Source: Phoronis australis
Taxonomy: Eukaryota > Animalia > Phoronida
Direction: 5' to 3'
NCBI GenBank assembly: GCA_002633005.1
Contig: NMRA01000171.1
Span: forward strand, 711,093 to 775,092
Length of the DNA: 64,000 nt
Shown: in pieces, positions 1-12,900 of the stretch
Numbering within the stretch: the first letter of the stretch is position 1
How the letters are laid out: the number at the start of each line of letters is the position of its first letter
Position numbers and translations under genes: made by a program
Notes under the pieces: model-generated
Seen by the model: only the letters and a program-made list of their open reading frames with translations
The model's database searches: none
Told to the model about the DNA's origin: nothing

Positions 1-1970
1 AATATTTACATCAAACAAACGCTGTTTTTCTAAGAGAGTAACTTTCTTTTTTTCCTAAATTTTAATAAAAACACATGACCACGCGACCTAGTTAAAGGCA
101 GATTAGTTTGAAGTCAAGAATCACATTGTACAAGGATTCTATTTACGGAAAAGATGTATTTTTAATGATTCAAAAATGTAGAGTATAGAATGACTAGCTA
201 CATACATAGCTTTTAGCTTTGTCGATCAGGTCGTACATACTCTGAATATCAATTTTTAGCCAAGTCTAATCTAGTGATGTCTGAAATTTACGGGATGAGG
301 GTTAAACAAACGGCAAACGGTCTGACGCCACAATTCCATCGGACGTGCCCAGGTCACATGGGTCGATGGGTATATGTTCGCACCCGTCGCACCCCTTGGC
401 AGACTTGTTTTGAAATGGTGCCAATAGCTTATGCCTTAGTTACCAGACTATGAGGCAGAGGAATGTCGACGGTAACCGGAAGAAGAGCCCAGCCTTTCCC
501 AAAACAAGTACGTATTATCTGATAAACGTAGCATGAGGCTAAAAATGGAATGATTGGTTCTGGGTCAGAGTAGTTTTGAGACCTGCATCCTATTTCAGCA
601 GGCACCCGACGCGAATAGTAAAAAAGTATCTCAGCTGGCATCCCAGTCAGGTGACTTTCTTTTTTGAAAACATAGACATCCAAAAATACCGCCATGATCA
701 CCTTATCAATTACGTAAAATACCACAGACCAGAAACAACGATGCTTTTTTGTGTGACCGAGAAATTTGCAGCATAAAACCCACCACCAGCTTACCTTTTC
801 AAAGCCAGGCTACATAATTATCATCTGAAAGCAGGGCCCAGACTTTATATAAGGCTACATATGGGCTGATACGCCGTCCACACTCAAGCCAGCAGGTGTC
901 GCAAATGAATGCTGATGAGGGGCAATTCGAAGGATGTTTACCCTACTTTCGGAGTGTCAGCCTACTTTTTGAAATATCTTCATAATCTCGTGCAAGGAAC
1001 AACATTGCTATTGATATTCAACATGTGATACATAAACCAGCCATAACTAAGTTGTTGACAACAAACATTAATTTCCTAACGCTTCCTAAGTTTTTAAAAG
1101 GTTTAGATATGTAACACTTCCAAGGACACGTATCGTTCTGACGTCCAACCTACGTTGGTTAGTACCAGTTCTAAACATTCCTCATTGGACTGCCAGTTGC
1201 AATTCTCTTTAAATCTTCGGCCCTAACAAAATTCAGCACGCATGAACACTGCACAACACAACATATATAGGAAAACCTTCGGAAATTGCAGTAAACTTGG
1301 CGTCAAGACAAAACGAGAATATTTTTCTCAAAAGAAACCACTTCCGGGGATATGAAAACACCTGGATTTCAAAGGATTCTCACAATATATTGGAAAATTG
1401 TCCTCGCTTGCTGTAATTGCAGCAATAATTCCATAGCAAATGATCACGACTGAGACAGAAGTCAAGGGGGGCTAGGTCACTTCCACCCGCTAAATGATAT
1501 GAGTAGTAGTTTTGTTTAGGTGCCCTATTTGGGAGGGTCTTCGGTAAAAGATCATAAGTGGAGGGTGAAAGACTAAAGGTGACGTGTGATTACTGACTTG
1601 TTATGGTGTTGTTTACGCCGGTGAATTGGAATCGGTGTTGTCAAAGACACGAAAGATACTACGCGATCAACATGGATATTACGAAGTTCGTGGTCATCCT
1701 GTAACTGAGACGATCAATGACGCGTAAAGATTGTCATGTAAGCCTGTTGTAATCGCCGACGGATACGGTCATGAATGTCACCAAACAGGCAACTGTCGCT
1801 GCACTGATATCGCACGAATTTTACTGACCGCATAAAAGAGTGCAGAACGACAATTTCTTCAGTGCACTGGACACGAAATATAGACGACATTCTAACTTGG
1901 CAATTACATTGTGGACAAAATTACATTTCCTGGATACTTTGAATCAAGACTTTGTAAACGCAAAGTTCGT

Positions 1971-2036
1971 TCAATCGATAATTTCGCATTGGGGAACTTT
2001 TTTGATCAACCAGTAGGTTTTCATAATTCCCTTTCC
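1971..2036 (-). CDS. rGC exon 23 (last coding exon)
   Basis: ttcag|[21 protein letters not shown], then TGA stop at 1973-1971. Confidence 0.93.
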   Translation of the reverse strand, partial: GKGIMKTYWLIKKVPQCEIID

Positions 2037-5000
2037 CTGAAACAGACACAATAGAAAAGTTAATTGATTTCTAAATAAAACACTCCACTTCGTCTATACT
2101 CTATAACGCGGGTGCTAAGTGTTATCAATGAGTGCAGAGGGTAACTAGTCAAGTATTTACACTGAAAAGACAATGATAAATGCTACGTTCCGTTGCTAGA
2201 CGTAAGACGCTGACCAAAAAGCAAGATCACGGAAGTCTTTGTGAGATAACGCCACGTATTAAAAGCGTCTACGGAATGCAGGCTGTCGTACCTTAATCTC
2301 CACGTCACCGCGTAGCTCGGTGACGTAACCGCCCAAGTTCTGCAGAGCTTTGTTAGTCGGTTCACTCATTTGGATTCGCATTCCTATAACGAGGGATACC
2401 GGTTACAGAAATGCAATAAGTGCTTACATCAAAGATACTATAAAATCTTTGCTTACATTCAGAGCGACTAACACAATTTTAATTGTTTGGTGAATTTCGA
2501 ACATAGACAATGTAAAACATGGCTGAAAGAAAGGGGTGGAACGGATATCATTTCAATGTGTTTGTAACAGGTTTTTGGCAGTTTATCTTTTTCAGTTTGC
2601 AAAACACGTGTCGTGACATCTTTTTACGGATTTTACGTTTCTGTCTCCTTTTTTATCCTAGCGTCCGCTTTTTTGGCGCAGAACTAGAAACACCATTAAA
2701 AGTCCCATATCCGGAATGTGTGAACTAGGACTTATGTTCAGAACTTTCCGGAAAGTCTTGAACCTACCTTCGCCAGTCGATTCCATACGAGATGCCGTAT
2801 TAATCGCATCCCCGAACAAACAATACTTGGGTCTTTTTAGTCCAATCACACCTGCCAGTAGAAAAATAATCATTACGATAGTTATAAGGAGAAAAGAGTG
2901 TTTTCATGTTTGCATTCGAACCTAAAACCACCGCGGTCGCAATCAAGTGCTCTGCTGGAGGAGTTACGTAAACTCTACTACAAATTCACCCACGCACCCA
3001 CGCCGGACTAGGCTAATAATCTCATCCTAAAATTGCGTTTTTCCGTGGTAAAACTGAAGATGTTCCTTTAATCAAGAAACTATTAAAACAAGTCCACGTA
3101 GGACACGACGCTAATTGAACAGAAACCTACAGAGGGAGCCTGTTCGAATGATTCAACGGAATAAAAGGAAGAGGAAATTAAATAATTGTAGAGGACATGG
3201 GAATTAAGATATAGGGAGCATAGAACAGTTCTCACAGGGGTTTGCCTATCAGAACACAAGTTAATGGACTTGTCACCCTTTCTTCACTCTGTCAAAAACT
3301 GCATGCAAAGAATGAAAAGTTCTGGGTCATTTTCCATCACAAGCCCAACAGATGAGCACAGAAACTTCATTATCTCTTGTAGTTTTGACCCTTAGTTGCA
3401 GTCCTACAGATAAGCAAGGTAGACTAAGAAAAGGGGCAAAAACGCAAAATCGGCGCTTTTCACCCTAAAACACCACTTCCTTGCCCACAGTCAACACTTG
3501 ATTCTGAAAGCAAATTCCCACCAACTACAAAAATGGCGTCTAAACGTACTGTCAACCAACTAGTTTTTTTGCAAATCTGGCTTATTTGAGGGTTACCTGA
3601 AATCGCAGACAATTTCTCAGTCGCTACCCAGCAAAGCACAATTGCAACAGCGGCGCCATCTTGAAGAAGAGTGTAGCCACAGCCGAGTAAGTGGTCGTTT
3701 GAATTCTCATCATGTTCACAAATACAAACAACCTACATTCACTTGGCCTACATGCAATACCTGACTAGAGAATGGCCCCAAGCCTGGCCTACCCCTAGAT
3801 TTTAAAATTTTAGCAGTGCAAATTGTCCACGGCAGCAGTATAACAGTACAGGGCCATCACAATGACTTATGTCCTCCATATCTCTCTTGAAACCACTGTG
3901 TTTAGGGTTAAAGAAAGGTAATCTGGTGGATTTTACTCCTACCAAATATCAGGAGACCAACCGTCAAGAGACGCAGTGAGACCCTCCATGCGGTTAGGGA
4001 GATATATCGGGTGTAGTTTATACCCCTTTAAAGGAAGAGTTATGAAAAATATATGCACCCAAAGGAAAATCAAATTGAGCTTATGATCCGATCAGTGCTG
4101 GTTTCAGTTGTATTTGGTTCAAAAAGGGGGGGGGGGCAGTCAGTTCCCGTCGACTGAATTGAAGCCATCAAATTTTGGAAGGGCCGGCAAGCGTTTTTTA
4201 CTCATGCATACTATGAATGCACCACAACAGTGAAATATTCGTAAATGATTTTGTTGGAGTAAGTAGCCTTTTGGATAGCAAAACAAAAGGAGACAGCAAT
4301 TTACTTATTTATCAATTTATTTCTACACCATCTCTTGTTTTTTGTACAAGTTATCAAATAATTAAAAAGCTATACCCGCGCAGCATGATCCAGTGTGTAT
4401 GCCTATTCTCACTGTCAATCTCTCTTGGGGGCAGTGTCGTATAGTGAACGAGGGTACAGCATTTAGGATTTCCAAGGCCATGTTAGCTATCTGTTGCAAG
4501 TGGTCTTCAATGTCCTCTGGTACTCCGCTGGCAACCATGTAAGCATCACCAATCGTCTCGACTTAATAGAAAACAAGACTTCAATCAATTACTTCATAAA
4601 ACAAAAATTCCAACCATTCACCCTGCCATCCCAGGACAAATATAATTAGTCGAATGCACACTGGTCTGGTCGTTGTTACGACAAAGTTGCGTTCTGTTGA
4701 GNATACAGGCCCAGTTCGACACCCAGTGAAGAGGACAGTTCGTCATCCAATGAACAGATCGGTGAGCCTAAGTTTGATAAGTTTATTGTGGACTTGTATT
4801 GGAGCTATTTGGAAGGTGCCAGGTGTGTGGCGAGGGAGTCACACGGCGGGATGTAAGCAGTTTGAGTGCTTAGATCACCCTTCAGTGGGAGTGTGTCGCG
4901 GGACACTCGGGCAAGTGGGACAGTTCTTCCTCTGTACGTGAGACGATAATGAGTAAACCCCAGTACGCAGCAACAGCGTGGCGTGTTGACTGACTCGTAA

Positions 5001-8000
5001 GCAAAAGCAAACAACGACCGAACTTATCACAACCGAGGTAGAGCAATGACTGAGTCGACTGCTCTCACAGTCAGACTATATGAACAGAAATTGGCGCGAA
5101 ATTCTTGCCTCCCAAAACGTCACTTCCGGAGTAGATGACGAGTAATTAATTAAATTACGAAAAGCAGTAAATAAGTGAAAAATATGTCTGGGATAATCAA
5201 CGAATCTTATTTTTGCTAAAACTAACATGAAAAAGGTTGCCTTCGCCTTTAAAACTTCCGTATGTTTACTTCGTGTTGGAATCCAAGCGCGTTTCATGTG
5301 TGCTGACTGCTGTGGTAGCAAATGCACTGATTTTACGAATTGAACGGCACAATTGTGAACCAAAGTTATTAAATCTAGTTAGTTTGTAAGTCAACACAAA
5401 CTTTGAAACGATCTTTGGGAGAATTTTTGTCTGACTTTTATGCTCGTAGTGGCGACATAGTAACGTCACTTGGTATTTTTCCCAGGTTGCCAAACGCAAT
5501 CTGAGGTCACCTGTAGGTCGTCAAATGGAGCACTATAAGTAATGATTTCTCGCTGCACATGGCTCACGAGTGTCCTACTCAACGGAACGCAGTCCACATG
5601 GGCTAAAACAAAATTAGCCGTGCTACGAATTTGAACATTGTTTCGTGCGCGAGTCCAAATTACTCAATAAGCGCGTAAGTCCGCGACGGATGCAAACCAA
5701 GGGACATCGCAAGAGCAGAAGGAGGGTGTCAAGTACAGAGCCGGAGTCATTGGGTCTTCAGAATAATTCAATGGCTGCAGGTATAAGCGAGCGAGACATT
5801 TTTTGCCAAGATTAAACTTTCACCTCTCGTACCCGACTCGTTGTTAGTTAACTAACACGTTTTAACAGAAGCCTTCGCATCAATGTGAAACAGGCCTCTG
5901 ATATGTTGAATTCTGAGCCATAGAACTTCCCCCAGTTCTGGAAATGAACCAAAATAAACAGTAACCGTTGCATTTGATTCATTTTACGTTCAGCGGTGTC
6001 ATCTGATTGGTCTGTAAGCCGGAAGTCGTCATCGAGAAGTAAATCAAGTGCAGCCGGTGCCCTTCGACGATAATATGTCTCGTGCGCTAACGCCGACTTG
6101 TTATGTCTCTGGGTACAATAGGAATGTGAAAGATCCTATTCTGAGTATTTGTTGATTGTAGCATGATAATGTACATGTTGAGACGTCGTAAAAAACAGCG
6201 ACTTCAAAGTCATGCTATGACTTAAAAATTGAAAAACAGCAAGTCAAAATTAAAACTCATCTTGTACACGTTATAGTTGTTGATAATATCATCAAACATG
6301 GTATACAAGTCGTTCAGGAAGTTGACAATCTGAAGAGGCGTCGAGCTGGAGGAGATACGGGTGAAGCCGACGATGTCACTGAAGAAGACTGTGACACGTG
6401 AGTGATATCGTGGTTCAACCTGCTGCCCGACTTTCAGACAATCGGCTATAGATCTGCAAATGCAAAATAATTCAATTGAAAAGTTTGATGCAAACTCGCT
6501 ATGCTCACGTCTTTTAAGCGCTGTGTAAGTATAGGTCAAGTTGCATATAGATGGTGTAGTCTAGCAAGGTCCAAGAAGAATATATATATATATATATGGT
6601 ATATTTCGAAACTCGCCATGTCTAGCCTTCACGAAGAAATAAAACGAAACCTTTTTGGTTCATATTTTACACAAATTTGACATATGTATTCCAAATGATC
6701 TAGTCAAAGGTTCCATGTAATGTATGGGTAACTCACCCATACTAAAAAGCCAGCACCAGTAAATAGTAACAATTATAGTGTTTGCGTGAACACGTTGTGC
6801 TAAAGGTTATGTAGGACTCCAGAAAAAATCCAAATTGGTCTAAATTTGGAACATTATATCGCAGAAAATGGCTAATCAAATGAAACTTTCAGATACTACC
6901 GTTATGCAGTGTTCTCTCCTGATAGGAATTGTGTTTAAATTGTTCCGCTTTTGCATGAAGGGCTATTAAAATATGATCTCATTAGCTCAAAAGTCAAATA
7001 AATGAAAAAGAAATCATATGTTAGGAAACTGCAACAGCTTTTTAATATCTGATCTTGAGCATCTTTATCAAATTTTAAAAATTTAGCCATGTTATTTATA
7101 CCGTTATGGTGCTACCAATATACCTTTGTTTTTGTTAAATTTCACTAAAAGACATGGCCACTTGCTCAATGGATAGAAGACTGGCAAAAATAAAAGAAAT
7201 CTAATTTTAAATGCTCAATCTACTTTCTAATAATATATACATTTACTCAGTTAAAATCCATAGTTTTAATGTGTTGCCTACTGCTTTTGTTACTTTTCTC
7301 CTAAAACGAGGGTGAGATGTTTTGATTCATCAAGAAGAAACAATTCAACAAGGATTACAATGTTGCTGTGTTTAATAACCCACCTTTCAACCGGAGGTGT
7401 GATAACGATAGCCAACAATTATCTTGTCCTAAGAGCTGTGTCCGAAAATCTAATTTTATTAAGGACTACTAAATCTCATTTTAGCTGATTTATAATCGTG
7501 ATAGAAAAACCATTTGACGTTAGCAAGTGAGCAGGGACAAGTTCCAAGAAAACTGACTTAGTTAAAGCAATTCGTAAATTTAAACAAATTTAAAGATAAA
7601 TTTCAACTTCTCTGAAGTCCGTTCGAAGAAAATGATCACAAGTTCGACTTAAGGTTTGTCTTCCGTTCGACTAACTTAGCGGACGTGGAAGTTTCAAAGT
7701 TTGGAAGTCGAGACAAAGCTTAGACTTAAGTGAAAAATTAACTTAAGTCAGTTTCTTGAAACGTGCCCATGATCTTTAGCAACATTCTGTACTTACTGCG
7801 GCAACATTTCGTATAGTAACGTTTCTGTTTTTCTTTTCTCCATAAATAGCTCGTTCGTGCGTTGTTCAACCAACTTTTCCAGGTTGTTCGCATATTTTTC
7901 CAGTAGTTCGATCATGTTCTCCACGATATTTCTCCTAAAATAAAACCAAAAATGAACACCTATTTAATAAAACATTAAAGCCCTTAACACGTATAACGAG

Positions 8001-9916
8001 GGATATTACTGTGCAGCTACGCACAGCGTGAGCGTACGTGTGCGAGTACGGGGCTACTACGCGAACTATCAAGAATGACTCGAGTCACCGTCCAATAAAA
8101 TGCTCCCTTAGTCGAACATCCTCTACAATAACGCCCTATTACTCCGCGTTCAAAACAGACTAGTCTTACTTTGGGGAAGAATGAATGAACCAAACTTTGG
8201 TTGCCGACAGTGGGCTACTCCAGGACTCTGCTTCATGGCTTTTACATGTAAGTCACTTTTCATGAAAAAAAACCTTTAGGAATGAGTCCAAACAACTATT
8301 TCTGAAAAACAATTAACTCTCGCTTGAGCAAAATTGCAAAGTCCCTGAAAATATACATATAACTGTTTGTTACAGAAATTATTCACATTAATTATTTCTA
8401 GACTGTGACGCGCTCATATTTACGTCATCAGCAATTATGAAGTAGAAGTGCAAGACCAAATTTCTGTCTTTAGTCTTAATTAACTTTAGTCTTAATTAAC
8501 TTTAGTCTTAATTAACTTTAGTCTTAATTAACTTTTCATGAAACGGACCCCTGCAATTAACACAAAGTATTAGCAACATGCAATATGAATAAAGGAATGA
8601 ATAAATAATTCAATACACAAATTATTATTGTTACCTTCCCTGGTTGATTTTCTTTATAGTACCACTTATAACGGCAAAGGTTGGTCTGGTCTGGGGGTAC
8701 TCCCGCCAACACAGTTTCATCAGTTCGATGACTTCCATGTAGTTTTCGTTCTTCACCTTCACTTCTGAGTTGACGCGAGTGCTGGGGCGGAAACCCTCGT
8801 TACGAATTCGCCGCATGGTTTCTAATGAGAAATAACCACAACGCTGATGATGCTGATACGTGACCAATGATAATAATAGTGATGATTATATTGATATTAA
8901 TGAAGATAATAATGATGGGATACCGATAATAATATTAGCACCCGTTCATGAAACTAGGCCCGACAAGTAGCAGCGTGTTGCCGCCAAGTGTGCTCTCTAG
9001 ACTTTTTCATTTTAATGATCAGTTGTTAGGTACGGTGACCCGCAATTTTTTTTTAATTGCTTCGCAAATAAATTACGGTACATATTTAGCCCAGAAAGCA
9101 ATCCTTTATATTTAGGATTTTAAAGATGCATAGTCTCATTAAATTGTGAATATGCAAATGAAGTAGTAATTTACAAACAACCGCGGGTCTCCCAGTCAGC
9201 CGGAAACCACCCACGAGCCAGTTACTATTACAATCTCGCGAGACTATTTTTATGTAAATAAGTATGGCGGACGAACACCGGATGTCGTCCACCGACAACT
9301 GAGGTCTGGCTACTCCGCCGACACTTCTCATGGTGACCACAACGAAAGCATTCGTTCAATAATTCCATTTTGCCGTCACCTTGCACAGTCTTCGACATCA
9401 TGCCATTTGCGTCTCTGTTATTGCAAATTCGATGTATTTGCACACCCAGTCCTTCTTTATTCAGCCCATTCAACAACAGTGCAACGACTTGTCAAATAGT
9501 CTAAAGAAGGCTGACGGTTATGATGACGTCAGACACAAACTCATCAGTTACCTGTGGATGTGGTCATCATACACTGTAGCTGTCCCTCCCTTCGTTTTCA
9601 GTCATTTCGTTGTATATACCATACAAAAGTTTTAATTTATTTTTAATTCAGTTTGTAAATTCAATCTGTAAATATTCATTTTAATTTAATGTAACTTAAT
9701 TTAATCTATCTTAGTTTATTTAATTTATTCTTTTTGCTGTGAGAAGACCATGCTGTATATTAGCCTTTGGCTAAAGAATGTTTTAATATCTATTATATTT
9801 TATCCTCTATGAATAAAGATTTATTACTATTATTATTATTATTTATTGTTATTATTATTATTCATTATTATTATTTATTATTATTTATTATTATTATTTA
9901 TTATTATTATTTATTA

Positions 9917-9967
<51 letters not shown>

Positions 9968-12900
9968 CTTCTCGTCCACATTTGTTAGGATGACACCGAA
10001 ATCCCTGGGAAACTCCCACAGAATTGTCCTTACCTAATAAAACAAGGCACAGTTTTTATTATTTGTTTATTTCAATATCAAATAACGATTGCCTAATATA
10101 TGGAATTTCCAGGGTTTTTATATGTTCATACTTGTTTTTATTTATTTATTTACAAATTGTTTCTTTTCCTGATTGTACTTGTACATACGATCTGCAGAAA
10201 GTCACTAGGTGGCGCTTGCTACAAATTTAAATATTCAGTTTTAATGAGACATAGCATCTTTTACTATAAAATAATGACTTACTAAGTGTAACACATTAAT
10301 GAGCAAAAACACCATAAGTAAAGAAAACAAAAAATAAGAACAAAATCACACGGTAATAAAGGAGAACACGTTCAGAAAACATTATACAAAAACATAAACT
10401 AAGCAAAACAAAAAGCTCAGGGTAGATATTAATACAGTTGCCTATCATGACATTTAAAAATACAATCACAAAGATTTATAAGTAATAGAACATCACAGTA
10501 GTGGTTCAAATTGCGACAACCATATAATAAGAAAACTAGTTTTTCAAGCCTATTACTAAGATTTTGAAAATATAACCAGATATGATCGTTGGATTGCAGG
10601 TTGCGAAAGAGCTGTTCACGCTCAGCGTTATAGACAGGGCATGAGAGCAAGTCGTGGGCATCACTATTAATTGTCCGACATTGTATTTGACATTTTAGTT
10701 AAATTACTTTTTTATTTTTCGTGTTTCGCCTGGGTGGAAATAATTTACTCCTAGGTGAGAATGAATTCATCTAAGTGGAGATATTTTCTACCCGGGTGTA
10801 AACATTTTCAAGCTGGGTGGAAATATTTTGAACCTATGTGGAAATAATTTCAACATTTTCAACCCCAGCGGAAATGATATACACCTATGTTCATATGATT
10901 TCCACCACATCCACGTGAAAATTATTTCCACATGGGTTGAAATTATTTCCTCCCGGGATGAAATTATTTATAGCAGGGTGGAAAATATTTACGCGTAGGT
11001 GAAATCATTCTCATCTGTGTGTTAATTATTTACACCTAGGTGAAAAAAGAAAACAAAAAAGTAATTTACCTAAAATGGTGATATTTTCGGACCACTGATA
11101 GTTTATCAGTAACTTTCATTTCTTGTCGTATAATGATCATATTTGATGAAATTGACTTATTTCTTTCATTTTCCCACAGAACCCCATTTTAAAATCCCAA
11201 AAAAGAATTTGGAAACCTGTCACGAAGAAGCCCGCGAATAGCATCTAAAATTTCGATGTTTTTGCAAACACGATATGTACGCTGATTCTGACCCGGAAGT
11301 CTTTGTCAGATCCCGAGATGTGCAGTCTGACTTTTAACCAAAACAACTACCTCACCGTGGCGATGTGGGTAACACAGCGATTGGTTACGTGACATTGGTA
11401 ATGTTTTATAAGCATCGCTTAAAAACAACGATTGCTTACGTTTCATAAGTTCATTAATTAATTGATTTGAACGTATAGAATTAATGTGTTCCGTGACAAG
11501 GCAACGGAAAGTAGAAAACCTAAAATAGGCAGAAAATAAGCAGACTGAAGTCATTGCCTGCCTACCTTACTGGACGTGATGTCTGAGCAATGAGCTCAAT
11601 TTAGCTCAATGCTTTAAGTAATCACGACTTTCAAAAACACACACCGGAGTTTTCCGATCAAGCGCCCATCACCCATGTGAACGTTTCGGAGATGGGCATT
11701 TTGTTCTGAACAAAAAAACGACGGGTGGTGTTTAGAGCACATTCCCTCAAATTGCATGTTATCACATATACCTTTTCATTTTGCGACCCCTGAAATGACC
11801 GTTTTCCGTTTTGTGCAAAAGTTGGCTGGCATCTTAGGTCGACAAATGACGCTTAATTTGTTTAATGCACCCACGCAACCAACACAGTTAAATCGTTTTG
11901 GCATTTCTACCTCGTGACTGAGTATGGACGTTTGTGAAGCATCACGCAAGATCCAATTCCTTTTCGTTCAAAACATGACTTATAATCTGCGTTTGCAAAC
12001 TACATCCCACTCACCCCTGATCACACACAGACAGCGCATTACCATATTCTTTGTGTATCCAACACAATAAACCTATTTGTTACTAATGACTTGGGTAAAG
12101 CATCTCACCTATGGTATTCTTGGTGTAGCAAGGTCTGTAAACACTATTCTCATGGCATGGAATGGCGAAAGGATTCTACTGTGCTCTACTGTCTTATTAA
12201 CTATTAGAAATGACATTTGGTTAAGTTTCACAATCTAGGGTTTGCCCAACATAAGGTAGCCATCCTCTTTTGAAGTGGTGGAAACCTCGAACTGCCGAAT
12301 CATGATGCGATTTTCAAAATCTAACATTCTCAAAGGAAACTCTTTTAAGTGTTGATCGAGGTAACATGAACAAGCCTTTTATATACTTACAACACGCTAA
12401 TCAACCGCCATGTACTTACCACAGTGAAATTTGTCAATTTCACAGATGTTAGGTTGCGTCAACATCACAGCAAAATCAAGATTCCGAAAAGTGCGTTGGG
12501 ATTAGCGTCATCTCGGAAACAAAAAGACTAACAAGCACTTTATCGGAAATGCCCGGTGAGGTATATACCTTCTGCGGGTCCGCTGTCGCCAAAGACTCCC
12601 TCTCTGAAGACGATCTCATGAAGAATAATCCCGAAGCTGTACACGTCTCCAGCCTGAGACCCCCTTTCAGGCTTTTCTGTGCGAAAAAATTCCGGAGCAG
12701 TCCACAACTGGTCTGAAAATAAAAGTTTTGAGTTCTGGGCACAAATAACCCGACATTGAGAAAAACAACGCGTGAACAATCTTCACCAGTCAATTAGGAG
12801 CATCCGCTTAACCTATGGTGTGAAACAAACAGAAATAAAATAACGAGGGTTAACGAAAGTGAGAGGTGTAGCATCTAGTATAGACATCTTCCAGATAAAG

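Noticed and set aside
1-1970. 3' UTR and polyadenylation signal of the rGC gene
   Set aside because: I did not find a clear minus-strand AATAAA close to the stop, so the UTR end cannot be set.
9767-10037. Poly-Ile/Leu/Tyr ORFs resembling membrane proteins
   Set aside because: Translations of the (TTA)n microsatellite.
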